Of a DNA stretch of 64,000 nucleotides, positions 1-15,906 are shown one piece after another (within the stretch, counting starts at the first letter, position 1; each line of letters starts with the position of its first letter). A program made the translations under genes and the position numbers. The notes under the pieces were generated by a model that saw nothing but the letters and a program-made list of their open reading frames with translations, made no database searches and was not told the DNA's origin. The DNA comes from the human T2T-CHM13v2.0 reference genome, Homo sapiens. The DNA is taken from assembly GCF_009914755.1 (NCBI RefSeq), contig NC_060938.1; one strand, written 5' to 3'.

Positions 1-369
1 TTATCCTCGTCCTTGAGCCCCTGAAGGGCTCTTTGTTCTCCACCACCTCGGTTCACAAGCTGGACCTGTGACCCCCTGAGGATTCCCAGGACTGACCCTG
101 CACGCCCCAGGATTCTATTTGTATGTCCATATATCCTGTGTCTTGTGTGTCCATACATCTTCCATCCCTCTCCTTGGCAAACCCTGCCAAATGACCACCT
201 CCATGCAGGTGATCCTCTCTTCTGAGCTTGTCAGCAACTGCTTGATATCTTCTTCTGGGCGCCCACTGGCTCCTCATCTGTAATATGTCTCAAACTCACC
301 TTCTCTTTTCCAGTTCTCATATTCTGTTCTATCACTTCCCCCTGTTCAGGTCTCAGGGTCTTTTCCACA

Positions 370-735
370 CAGCCTCTTCTTCCTAAAATGTGTCCCCTTT
401 CCCTGTCTCAGCCACATTCTGTGTATGGCTGCAGTCTCCTCATCCCTCTAGGATCAGCAGAATGTTGCCTGCACAGATAACCTACCCCAGACCACCCTCT
501 CTGAGTAGGTCTCTCCTCTTGTCCTCTCCTGTCACTCTGTGAACTTCCATCATGACACTTCCAACTACACTTGTAATTGTTTCATCTTTTCTTGTCTCTA
601 GTCTGATTTCCTGACTATCCTCTATGCTCCGCCTGGCAGGGATGAAGTCTGTTTTTTTCAGCACTGAATACTCTTGAGTGTGATGCCTGGCACATAGCAA
701 AAGCACAGTGATTATGTGCTGAATGAGTGGATGGA
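370..735 (+). mobile_element. LINE-2 3' end fragment
   Basis: Ends in degenerate L2 terminus gcctggcacatagc...tgctgaatgagtggatgg; boundaries approximate. Confidence 0.6.
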
Positions 736-1149
736 TCTTCCTGGCCACCCTGCCCTGAACTTTATATATTTTTTCCTCTTTCATGCTCTCCAAATCCAGT
801 CTCATAATTGTTAACAATCTTGTTCAACATGGGCCCTCATTTTTGGATTCTTGTAATGGTTTCCTAACAAATGTCCCATTTTATTGATTCCCCCTGTTGT
901 CTCTGTCACCATTACTGCTTGGTGACTTTTTCTTGAAGTGTTTGTCATAATCGTTAGTTATATTCAAAAACCTTCTACTTCTCTTGGAACTTAGCCTGGC
1001 AATCAAGATATCCTGATTGTGTTTTCCATTCCATCCCCTCCAGATCCTCCACCTAGTCACGTGGTGTCTCAGCCTCACCATTTGCACTCTCTGACTGTGC
1101 CCGCGTCTGTGTGTCCTTCCCATCCACCTGCAAGCCCCACTCCCCACTA

Positions 1150-1362
1150 GAATTAGACCCCGCTCTCTCAGAAGTCTCTACTTTTGTCTGTGTTCACTTA
1201 CAACACATGACTTTCTACCTTGTACTATAGTTTTTTTAATATACCCTCTATTTTCCTAAGTGGTTGGCAAACTTCTCAACAGAGAAGACTATATGTATTT
1301 TTGCACTTTATTTACTCAATGCCTAGAAAATTTGGACTTAATAAATATTTGCTGAATGAATA
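1150..1362 (+). mobile_element. LINE-2 3' end fragment
   Basis: aataaatatttgctgaatgaat terminus at about 1340-1362. Confidence 0.5.
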
Positions 1363-2287
1363 CACAAGTAATGTATAACCTTGAATGCAGATCAGCTACA
1401 CTAAGTAGGATAAGAGATGCCAGGTACCGTGAGATGGGGGGAGTGGATCAGAGAGTGCAGAGTTTAAGACCCTTCTCGTTCTCTTCTCAGAGAGGGCTCA
1501 CCTAGTGTGGAGAACTTTCTCTTGAACTCCAAGCTTCTCTGCTACCTTCCTTATTAGACCTTGAAGTGGCAGTGAGGACCCTGGCTCGCAGGCTGTTGTG
1601 AGGAATGGGATGGGGCCTGATCCCTGGCTTCACCTCCTATTGTTTCACCCCACTGCATTAGCTTAGAGCTGACAGAGCAGAATTTGCCTGAGCCCAAAAT
1701 GACCACAAGAAAATAGATCTGGATTGGAATTAGCCTACTGGAAAATGGAACAGTTACCAATTTTTCTTTAACTTTCTTTTCTCCCCTCCTCATCAGATAT
1801 GAGAGTCTAAGTCCTATTGAAATGGTAAAGTTAAAATAATTGCTTTCTAAGACCTAGTAGGTATATTATTTTTTTCCTTGAGGCTCAGGACCTTTTATTA
1901 GCAGAACTTATAGCAAGGTGGAAAATCGGTTTATCTCATGGGCTAGTTCCAACTGTGGGGAAGTTCCCTAGAGCACATTTTCCTCAAATTATTTATCCTC
2001 TTGTATACAAGTGTCATGACCTGTTACTGTTGTCTGCCATGCATGCAGGAGGAGGGAGTGGAGCAATACATTATTTATTTGGCATATGCCAGCCACTTTG
2101 CTGATCACCGTGCATATGGGTCCAAAAGAAAGAGGTACAATTTGGCTTCACATAGCTCAGGCATTTGAGGAAGGCACACAATTAAATTATGAATGTATGA
2201 AGAACCTTATGGGAGGAGAAGCACATAGAACTTTGGGAATATGTGATTGAAAAGAAATGGGAAAACTTAACCCCTGAAGTAGTGCTA

Positions 2288-2412
2288 GTATTGTCATCCC
2301 CATTTTACTTATGCAAACATTGAGACTTAGAGAAGAAAACAAATTTGTCATGGGTCACGTGTTGGCTATAAGTTGCAGAATTAGGATTTTTACCTAAGAC
2401 AGCCTTACTTCA
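2288..2412 (-). mobile_element. MIR SINE fragment
   Basis: tccccattttac...gagacttagaga...ggtcac matches the reverse-complement MIR core. Confidence 0.65.
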
Positions 2413-2469
2413 AACATGCTGTTCCCGTGTTTTCCACTTCGTATAGAGATGTGAACATAAGTGAGCATG

Positions 2470-2671
2470 CAGTGGTATACTTGTTAGCTTGTGCTGTCTT
2501 GTGAAAGGTAATTGTACATTTTCAGGAAGTTTGCAAGCTTTCTGATGTTGCGCTGAACTTGAAAGCAGCCATGGTGGGAGTATCTACACCATAGAAATTG
2601 GCACCCACTATACATCAAAGATTTTTCTTCCCCAAAGACCTGGTTGTTAAACATTGACCAGCAAACAACGG
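2470..2671 (+). mobile_element. MER63A-like hAT-Blackjack DNA transposon
   Basis: cagtggt start, gccatggtgggagtatctacacc core and ggttgttaaacattgaccagca end match the MER63 consensus. Confidence 0.7.
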
Positions 2672-2957
2672 ATGTACAATACTACCACATTCTTTAAAAA
2701 TTCACAAAATATAACTACATTTTTACAAAGAAGTACATCCAGTGGATGTGAACTTTTTGTGGCACGGGAATCGTTTTGGGAGGTGGAGGCTTGTTAAAAG
2801 GAGTTTGGGTTCAGTAAGTCTGGGCTGTGGGAAGAATCTACATTTTAAAAAAGACTCAAAGTGAAATGAGAACACACTTTAGGACATACTCAAACTTTTC
2901 AAGTGAGTATTTTCCTTTTTCTTTGAACACTAAAGGTGCCAGGTGAACTTCCTAGGT

Positions 2958-3060
2958 CAGTGATTCCAACCCTGACTATGCATTAGAATCACCTGGGGAG
3001 CCAATACAAACTATCAGTGCCCAGGCTGCCCCCCACCCGACCCAATTAAATCAGGGCTTG
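2958..3060. mobile_element. MER5B hAT-Charlie, left part
   Basis: cagtgattccaaccctg...cattagaatcacctggggag...ccaattaaatcag. Confidence 0.7.
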
Positions 3061-3079
3061 AATGAAGGAATTGGTGTCA

Positions 3080-4138
3080 CGTGCCCAACTATTTCAGAAT
3101 TGCCATGTACAAGTGACTTCTGTGATTCCCGTTGTGCCCCTCCCACTTTTGAACTTGAGTGTTTACTGCAATGATCTCAGTGTGGTCATTATATGCTGCG
3201 TATATGGAGCAGACAACTCCAGTCTCCAGGTTACAAGTCTTCAGATGAAGAGGAACTGTATTTAAAGAAACATACCTGATAGCTTCATATGCACCAAGAC
3301 ATGATTTAGAAAATGCGATCCTGGACCTCCAGTCTGAGCCTGTTGCTGTAATGAGATGAGAATCTTGGGGGTTGTGGGAGAGGGTGAGTGAACTTTGAAT
3401 GTGGCAGGAATATAAATAATTAGGGGCTAGAGGATGGGCTACAGCAGATTAAAGATGGCTACAAATTCTTTGATACCTCTCCCACTAGGAGGTGGGATTT
3501 ATTTCCAATCCTTGTGGGTCTGGGCTGCCTGACTGCTTTTGCCAATAGAGAATGGCAGAAGTAACACTAAGCCTGGTCCTTAAAAAGAATGGCAGTTTCT
3601 ATCAGTTTCTTGAGCCCCAAGCTACCTTTGCCATATGTGAAGACTATGAAGATATTCCCTGAGGCTACATGGAGAGAGAGAGGGGGAGAGAGAGAGAAGG
3701 GGAGAGACAGAGGGGGAGAGAGAGGGTGAGAGACAGAGGGGAGAGAGAGGGTGAGAGAGAGAGGGGAGAGAGAGGGTGGGAGAGAGAGGGGAGAGAGAGG
3801 GTGGGAGAGAGAGGGGAGAGAAAAGAAAAGGGAAGAGAAGAGGAGAAGAGAAAAGAGAAGAGAACAGGTGAGCTCAAATTCCCATTTGTTCCTATCAAGG
3901 CACCAAGCATGTGAATAAAGCATGTGTGTGAAGTCATCTTTGATTCTCCAAACCAGTTCAGCTGCCAGCTAAATGCCACCGACTAATCCCAATTGACACC
4001 ACAAGGAGCAGAAGAATCACCTGGTTAAGACTTGCTCCAATTCCTCTTCCTCAAAATTGTGAGCTCTCATGAAATGGCTGTTGTTTTCAGCTACTAAATT
4101 TTGTTGTGGTTTGTTATGCAGCAGTAGATAATCAGAAC
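3080..4138 (+). mobile_element. MLT1 (G/H-like) MaLR: 3' end of internal region (about 3080-3440) plus LTR (about 3441-4138)
   Basis: aaagatggctacaaattctttgatac...ccaatagagaatggcagaagt LTR start; gtggtttgttatgcagcagtagataatcagaac LTR end; MLT1-int-like terminus upstream. Confidence 0.7.
3671..3862. repeat. GA-rich compound polypurine microsatellite inside the MLT1 LTR
   Basis: About 190 bp of (GA)n, GGGGA and GAAAA units with very few pyrimidines. Confidence 0.95.
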
Positions 4139-4139
4139 T

Positions 4140-4187
4140 CTCCCCCAGGTGATTCTAATGTGCAACCCAGCCGTTCAAAAACAGTTT
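4140..4187. mobile_element. MER5B, right part
   Basis: ccccaggtgattctaatgtgca... matches the MER5B end. Confidence 0.65.
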
Positions 4188-4434
4188 CACCTGGGTAGTC
4201 ATGAAGATTTTTTTTGTTTGTTTGTTTCCCTCTAGCCCTTTATCCACACATTACCAAACCATTTTCTTCTCTAATTCTGCAATTCCCTCATTGAACTTTG
4301 TCGAGCACAGGTATGATGGCTCCCTAAGTAAACTACTTTTATGTGGCTAAGGACATCTCATGCGTTTGGACAGAATGATCCGTTTCCCCCATTTAACATT
4401 CAATTAAGTGTCGTGGGCTTTTAAAAGAGACCAA

Positions 4435-4590
4435 GCACTGGACAGGAGTGAGGAAAACTTGACAAAGTCCCAGCTTTGACATTACTACCTCTATGATCTT
4501 GGGCAAGTCATGTATATTTTCCCCATCTTATTTTTAATATTTATAAAATAAGGAAGTTAGATTACTTGTCTCTCAGTTCCCTTTCACTTG
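4435..4590 (+). mobile_element. MIR fragment
   Basis: tcccagctttgacattact...tgatcttgggcaagtca. Confidence 0.55.
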
Positions 4591-7500
4591 TGGGACTTTG
4601 AGACATTGTAAGGATGTTGAATAGTAACTATCAATGGGGAGAAATTCTTTTCACAGAAAACACACAACTCATCAATTTCCTCTTGATTGCCCTGACTCAG
4701 TCTAGATTTATACCCACCACCTTGGGGCAAAAAGTTATGTCTACATCACTAGTAACATCCTCAGGCACTTGACTTTCTGAGGATGTACGCCCATTTTAAA
4801 TGCATGAAGCTCAAGAAGAAAGAAAAAGAAATAAAATTGAATTCAACATGCATTCTTTCATTCCATAAGATTCAGTAGAGGCTTTGTGTTCCATGTGATT
4901 ATGCCAGGCAAAAGATGTTCAATGCCATGGGCTGTTCCGGGGAATGAGAGATAGAGTAATGAAATTCATGACATGTAAGTTTGGATTTACAAGTCAACAA
5001 CAAATCCCTCTGTGAGTTTTCAGAATTTATCCACCTCAACGTTAAAAGCCGAAAGAAAGAGTTCTTTGTGTGTAAAGTGAAACCATACTCCATCCTAAGT
5101 CTTTAAATATAGTTGCTCACTTCCTTCAGCTCCTGTTAAGTACTGCTGACCTTTCCCAAAGTATTCTTTTCTGGCCTCCACTAATAGCAGAAGATCTAAC
5201 CCACTGCTGTTAACAATACACCTTACAGGATTTTGAAAGCTGAAAGTAGTAGCTCCACGCAAATTGGAGTTGTTTTTTTTAATTCCTTTATTTTGAAAGT
5301 TTAGGCATAATCTGGGGTAGAAGTTCATGTGTTCGTGGTAGTTAAAAAGTCAAGGTCAAACTCTACATGCCACAGGGAATCATAAAAAAAAAAACAAAAA
5401 ACAACAAAAAAAACCCTCTGTTCTTCTCCCCGCTTAAATCAGAACCAAAGAATTCCCCAGTGAGAACATATCTCTCATCTTTCACTCAGAACAAAAAGCA
5501 GCAGTACAAAACATGAACTGCATGGTGTTTGCTACCCTTGGGTGGCAGCTGCTAGCATGAGCATTACCATTTGTATTCAAGGGATCTTTTATTCCCAGTT
5601 GCATGAGCCGAGCCACAGGGCTTGCAAGAATGCTTGGGATGCTTCTTATGGACTTAGGACACAAAGAATCTGTGGTGTGGCTCTGAAATGGGAACCGCTA
5701 AAGACAGAAGAACTGAAAGGGATATTTAATATGTTAGTAAGGACATTGCTATTCATGTATGGAGTATGTATGTGTGCAGAAGACTGTGTGTGTGTGTTTA
5801 TGAGGATATGTATATGCTGATTTTAAAGTCTCTCTGTTTTTAGACAATTGAGGTTATTGTTTTCTATATATACCCAGAAGAGTGTCAAAATGCCTTAATG
5901 GGCAGTGAGCCATCATACCTGTGGATGGCCAAGTTCAACAAGGCAATTGCAGAATTAGAGAAGGGGACTGTGTTTTTCTTATTAATGGTTAAGCCATTGC
6001 CCCGATAAGAGATTTTCAAAGTTTGCAAACAGGAAACTGGTCACCCAAGCTGGAAGTCCTTCTAAAATAGACTCCTTATTTCAGTCAGTATTGAGTAATT
6101 TTAGTATGCCAGTGGCTCTAACAGAAATTGTTTTCCATAAAACATGCAAATTGATATGTTTTCAACTCATTCTATCTCTCCTAAAAAGACTCCAGAAAAG
6201 TCACCCACAGTACTACCCGGTACAGAAAGGGAAAAGTTTGAAACATTTTTGTTTACATCAAAGTCAGGGAAACCATTTCATACTCTGAATGTTCTTGAGA
6301 TGATTAATGCCTGCATTGACAGCACCTCCTTCTTAACCAATGTTGCAGTGAAAGTGAACTTGAGTTTATAGTTCGTGGTCCATAACTGAAACATCATAGA
6401 TTTAGGTATACAGAAATAGAGCTGGTAATACAAACAAGACCTTGAATTTTACCTGAAGTTGGTGATAGACTCCCCTTAGCTATTTTCCCTTTATTTATTT
6501 TTTCCAAATTATAGATGAATTTATGAGCAGTTTAGGGTAAAGGGGACCCTAAGGATAGATCAATTTTCCTTAATCCCATGTAACTAACAAATAGAGGTCA
6601 TATGCAAGTAGAGCAGCTTTTAGGTGTCAGGCTAAAAGAGTTCTTGATGAGATTGCTCATGTGGAAAGAAAGTATCCCTTTTAAAGTCACCCACTTTGCA
6701 AGGGTACCATTGAGCTGTGTGAGCTAAATAAGGCTTGTACAGTTACTGCATTACTTCCCTTCCAGCCCTGGAGACTACAAGCAAAGGAAGATACTTCCTT
6801 ATTTAATTTGATAATGGTACTAAATTAAACAAATAACACATAACGACAAGCTCTTTTGAGTTAGAGAATCAAAAGAAGACAAGATGTATTAATAGCAGAA
6901 AACATTGAATTAAGATACAGTAATGACTCTGTTGTTCAAATTGATCCAGTTCTTTATTTACATTATTGAAAAGATAGAGAGTAGCGGAAATGCTGCCTTT
7001 GGTGACAGTTCAACCTCAAGGGATCAAATCCAGCTTCATTCTGGTCTGACTATATACATGGAAGTGATGCCTAATGTAAGGCTCCCCTGGCAGTACTTGT
7101 AATTTACAAGATTGATTTTTTTTTTCCTCTGAAGAGCTGTTAAATGTGATTAATTCAACTGAAACTCAGGAAAATTCCCTTTTTCTTTTGCAAACAGGTA
7201 GAGGAATTCACAGTGGTCTGGAACACAGAATCATCAGTCATAAGGTCAGTCCCCTGCTTTGACCTTTGCCAAATGGTGAGTTGATTGACTTTTCCCAGTA
7301 TGAAACATGAGGACCAATGCCTGACACTCAAATGTGAAGATACCCAGGGCCCATGTTAATTGTTAACTTTGTGATTTCTACACCAAACACAGGGCTTACT
7401 TTTAAGCATCTGCAGAAAATGTTTTTTATTGTCACAGGAAACCTAAAAATAACCGTAACCCTGAATACTCAGACCATTGAGCTTGGTTAAGACAGCAACC

Positions 7501-7699
7501 AAACTGCAGTACTGAGGTCACGGACCACCTCTGGGAGGAATAGAATTCTGTCTGCCCTGGGTGCTGGGTGTATGAATAGGGCTGAGAAAGCAGGCAAGTC
7601 TAAGGTCTCCATGGAGCTCAATCCAGGGGGCAGGGCCTATCCTGGGAGCCATATGTGAAAGTTTCCTGTCCATTTCTGTTGCTGGCTTTGCTTTCGTGA

Positions 7700-10252
<2,553 letters not shown>

Positions 10253-10429
10253 TTAAAAAGAAATAACTGGTAAAGAGGAACAAAGGGAAGTACAAGTAAA
10301 CATTTGCTTTTTATTAGAAACCTTAAGAGTCCAAGTCTTGAATTTTTACTACTGAAAACAGTACAAACTACAGATGATCATGGTTACTTTAACTTAAATC
10401 ATATTCAAAACTATTACTAAATAGTGCTA

Positions 10430-10731
10430 ACTAGAACCTGGGAAGGGTAGAGGGAAGGGGAGATAAGGAAAGGATTTTTTAACCAATATGAAATTACAGC
10501 TAGATAAGAGGAGTAAGTTCTAGTGTTCTATAACACTGTGGGGTGATGATAGTTATTATTTATTTAATATTTTAAAATGGCTACAAGAGAGAACTTTGAA
10601 TGTTCTCAACACAAAAAATGTTTGAGGTGACACTAATTACCTTGATTTGATCATTGTGCATTGTATACAGGTATTGAAATATCACACTGTACTCCATAAA
10701 TATGTACAATTATTAAATGTCAACTAAAAAA
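10430..10731 (+). mobile_element. L1MA 3' UTR fragment
   Basis: ttacagctagataagaggagtaagttctagtgttcta...ataaatatgtacaattat...aactaaaaa. Confidence 0.8.
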
Positions 10732-11243
10732 GATTATTCATATTAAGAAAATGCTCTTAAAAAATGACCCTGAGTTTTTTGCCTGCTTCCTGATGAGCGA
10801 GGAGACCTGTGGTCTGGTTCTTGGACTTCCTTAGCCACATGGCCCCCAAACACCTGTCTCCACTCCCACCTCAAGTGAAGAAACCAAGACCACCTCCTGC
10901 CCTGAGACCAGAGAAGACATTGACCTCTGCAGGCTTACTGAAGAAGGGAGAAGAAGAGCAAGAAGCAATTGAACACATTGATAAAGTACGAAATGAAATA
11001 GACAGACTTAATGAACAAGCCAATGAGGAGATTTTGAAAGTAGAACAGAAATATAACAAACTCCGTAAATAATTTTCTCAGAAGAGGTCAGAATTGATTG
11101 CCAAAATCCCAGATTTTTGGGTAACAACATTTGTTAACCATCCAAAAGTGTCTGCACTGCTTGGGGAGGAGGACGAAGAGGCAGTGCATTATTTGACCAG
11201 AGTCGAAGTGATGGAATTTGATGACATTAAATCAAATTGCTGA

Positions 11244-11387
<144 letters not shown>

Positions 11388-11551
11388 TAAACACAGAATA
11401 AAGCCAGCAGGAAGAAGCAGCATGCGGAACTAGAGAGTTTTTTACCTGGTTTACTGACCATTCTGATGTAGGGGCTAATGAGTTAGGAGAGGTCATCAAA
11501 GATGATATTTGGCCAAACCTATTACAGTACTACTTGGTTTCCGATATGGAT

Positions 11552-11650
11552 GATGAAGAAGGAGAAGGAGAAGATGATGATGAAGATGAAGAAGGAGAAG
11601 GAGAAGATGATGATGAAGATGAAGAAGGAGAAGGAGAAGATGATGATGAA
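11552..11650 (+). repeat. Three perfect tandem copies of a 33-bp unit ([11 protein letters not shown])
   Basis: GATGAAGAAGGAGAAGGAGAAGATGATGATGAA starting at 11552, 11585 and 11618. Confidence 0.95.
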
Positions 11651-11796
11651 GAAGAGGAGAAAGGATTAGAAGGTATTGATGAAGAAGGGGATGAGGATGA
11701 AGGTGAAGAAGAAGAAGATGATGATGAAGGGGAGGGAGAGGAGGATGAAGGAGAAGATGACTAACAGAACACTGATGGATTCCAACCTTCTTTTTT

Positions 11797-12402
<606 letters not shown>

Positions 12403-14389
12403 CCAACTTTCTTTTTTAAAAAATTTTCTCCAATCCCTGGGAGCAAGTTGCAGTCTTCCTTTTTCCCTTTTTTTTCCTCTTGTGCTCAGTCGCCCTGTTC
12501 TTGAGATCTCTTTTCTCTACACCATGGTTCTCAACTTATTTTGGGAGAAATACCTTGAGCAGAATACAATGGAAAAAGTGTCTCTACCCCTTTCTGTTCA
12601 AAATTCATTTTTATCCTTTCCTGTCTGAACAAAAACTGTACAGAATCAACACCACTGAACTCTGTGGGAAAAAAGAAAAACCTGTTCCCTTTGCTCTGCT
12701 GGAAGCTGGAAGTTGTGAGGCCTCTGTGTAGCAGTGCACAGAATTCTAGCTTCTTTTCTCCTTTCTCTGTACCTTGGGCTCAGAGAGTACACCATGTCTC
12801 TATGTGAATATGCACAGTTAGCATTTCCCAACATGCATCTGTCTACTTTCTCTTGTTTAAAAAAAGACAAAAACACTTTAAAAAATGGAGTTATAGAAGG
12901 TGCAAAGGGTGGGTTGGAGATGTTTGGGTTAAGTGGGCATTTTGACAGCATGGCTTCTGCTTTGGCATGTTCAATTGTGATATTTGACAGACATCCTTAC
13001 AGTTTAAGATGACACTTTTAAAATAAATTCTCTCCGAATGATGACTTGAGCCCTGCCACTCAATGGGAGAATCAGCAGAACCTGTAGGATCTTATTTGGA
13101 ATTGACATTCTCTATCGTAATTTTGTTCCTGTTTATTTTTAAATTTTCTTTTTGTTTCACTGGAAGGAAAGGAAAGATGATGCTCAGTTTTAAAGGTTAA
13201 AAGTGTACAAGTTGCTTTGTTACGATACAACTAAATGTGTACACAAAGGATTTGATGCTTTTCTCTCAGCATAGATATGCTTACTATGACCTTCCAAGTT
13301 TGACTTGTATAACATCACTGTCAAACTTTGTCACCCTAACTTCATATTTTTTGATACACACTTTACAGGAAAACCTCAGGGCTATGTGGATTTAGTAATG
13401 GGATTTGAATCATTCTGTTAATATCTCCCTAGCTGGGAAACATGGGTACCATTCGCCATTGGTTTCTGATAATATTCACATCATTTGGGATACCAGAATG
13501 CTCAATACTCAGTTCTCAGAACGTTGTGCCCTTGATTTTTAATCTCCAGGTGGCAGTTTTTAAAATTTGCCTTTTACCGGGATATAAAGTAATAGTGCCT
13601 GCCACTACCATCAAATAGACCTGGTGCTTTAATGCCAAGCTATGTATAGGGCAGTTGCTGGCATGTCTTCACTGGCTATGTAAAAATGTGGCCAAGAAGA
13701 TGGGCTCTCAGAGTAAGAAGTCTGTGTTAATTAGGAGTAACTGTCCCAGCTCTCTGGTGTAAAGTTGTTCAAATATGACTATATAAATCTGGGTGGGGTA
13801 ATGGACTCAGCTCTGTCTGCTCAATGCCATTTTGCAGAGAAGAAGCGTAATGCGGAAGCTTTTTAATGTTGTTAAAGTATAATAGCTGAAATTAAATGCC
13901 ACTTTTTCAGAGGAGAATTAATGGACAATCTGGTGAAATTCAAAGCTTTTTGATGTATAAAACTTGATAAATGGAACTATCCCACCAACAGGCAAAAGTG
14001 TAACAACCTATGTAGATGGATAGTATGTAATTTCTGTATAGGTCTCTGTTTAGTAAATACATCACTGTATAGGAATCAGCAATCTTGCTCCAGTGAAAGA
14101 ACATAAAGATTTTTTGGGGGAAAGAATGACTCTAAGAGATTGGCTCATTTTTCCTCACCTGGTGAAGCACAGCTAGAAATAAGAGATAAGCCAAAGAGAC
14201 ATTTTATGCATATGTCTCAAACTCTATGCATGCAAGGCTCTTTGCTTTATTCCAAGTAGGTACGTCAGTCTTTATTCTGAGCCTTTTCTTTCTTAATTCA
14301 TGTAAAACTCTGTCAAGGTTGGCTTTGGGTTTTTAGTTCAGAAGAGAGTAATACTGCATCAGACTATTAGGAAGGCAGGTCCACAGTAA

Positions 14390-14801
14390 GTGACCCACTA
14401 ACGTGTTCACTAGGTCACACGGTTTTGTAAAATTTCCAAAGGTAAGATATCTTAACCACAATTGGTTCAGACTGCCTGCTGCCACTCTGACTTGCCCTCC
14501 AGCACACATCACCTCATGTCAGATGGCATTGAAGAGGCTGTAGGCGTTTTTTGAGCTCTAGCTAAGTAGAAGTCAATTAGGGTTTGTTGGAATATATATG
14601 TATATTTTATAGTTACTTCTGTGTATTATTAAATTATTGCTAGCGTAACCAGAGTAGGAATGTCTTCCAGGAATATGCCCACTGTCCAATTTGGTATCTA
14701 ATTTTGTATTTGTAATTTTGTATTTTTTTTTAAGAGTCCCTCCTCCCAACAACCAACAATTGTCTGAGCTTCAGTTCCCTAAAATTTCGGATCCACCCTT
14801 G
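14390..14801 (+). mobile_element. MER115/Zaphod-like hAT-Tip100 fragment
   Basis: gtgttcactaggtcacacggttttgtaaaatt...gtaggaatgtcttccaggaata...taattttgtatttgtaattttgtat...ggatccaccc. Confidence 0.7.
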
Positions 14802-15526
14802 GCATTATGCTAATGTTTGAAGAACAGCCAGTTAGAAATGTTAAAACAAAGAATTCAGCAGGAAAACAAACCCTTGTTAATTAGTGTAAACAAAAGATAA
14901 GAAAGCGCAGCGCCCTTGATCTATTTAGCATGTGGATAAAGAGCTAACAAACTTCAGCAGATCCTGAGGCCATCACTGTGGTAAAGCATGTGTAATAATT
15001 GATGTTAGTAGTAATGATCTTGAGTCATGAAGGAAAGCTTAAACTGTTGAATATACTCGTTAAAAATACAGAGAAATTTATAATTCATCTTAGGAATATT
15101 TTCTACAAATGTTTAAAATAGAAATGTTGGTGCTTACACATTCAAATTTTCAATGATCCAGAAACATACCCAAGAACAATTAATTATCCAAGGGTTTAGC
15201 TGGCCTGGGTTTTATTCTGGTTTGGTTATGTAAAGCTGGAATGGTGGGTTATGATCTTTATTCCAAAAATCAGAGTAGTGTGCTGGACCAATCAGTTGAA
15301 TCCAACTTCCCTTGTCCTAACTGCACACGTTTAGCACATTTCTCAAAGAATTGTCACCAGTGAGGTAGGCTACCCTTAGAAAGTGCTGGAGAACTGAGAA
15401 TTCTGCTAAAGGTGTTTGTGAAGGCAGAATAGTGTCAAGGATGGGCCATAGGACATAGAGCCAAGCAAATGTACTTATACTTGCTTAAAGAGAGAGAGAG
15501 AGAAGAGGAGAGAGAGAGAGAGAAGC

Positions 15527-15709
15527 AATAGTTGCCAACATTTATTGAATACTTACAACGTGTCAAGCACTGTGCAAAATATTGCTTCATATAAATCATG
15601 TGTCTGAATTAATCAGCCTAACAACTCAATCAAGAAGCTATTTATTAGTCCCATTCTTCAGAGTAGGACATTAAGGCTAAGAAAAGTTAAGAGATTTGTC
15701 CAAGATCAG
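15527..15709 (-). mobile_element. MIR (preceded by (GA)n at 15489-15522)
   Basis: aacatttattgaatacttac...cccattcttcaga...aagttaagagatttgtccaagatca. Confidence 0.75.
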
Positions 15710-15906
15710 AGAGCTTCCTAACCCTGGCACTATTAAGATTTGGGGCTGTATAATCCAAGGGAAAGTTCTGCAACTTTTAGATGTTTAGAACATCTTTGGC
15801 CTCTATGCCTTTACCCACTTGATACCTGTTGTGGCAAATAAAAATATCTTCAGATATTGCCAAATGCCTCCTTGGGATGTGGAATCATCTTTGGCTGAGA
15901 ACTGTT
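15710..15906 (-). mobile_element. MER20 hAT-Charlie
   Basis: ggcactattaagatttgggg...aaaaatatcttcagatattgccaaatg...ggctgagaac. Confidence 0.75.

Noticed and set aside
1760-1830. 28-nt micro-exon 1797-1824 after a long pyrimidine tract
   Set aside because: Weaker donor (GTAAAG), frame-shifting length and no other support; cryptic sites like this are abundant.
3567-3979. ER-rich and SL-rich ORFs
   Set aside because: Translations of the GA microsatellite.
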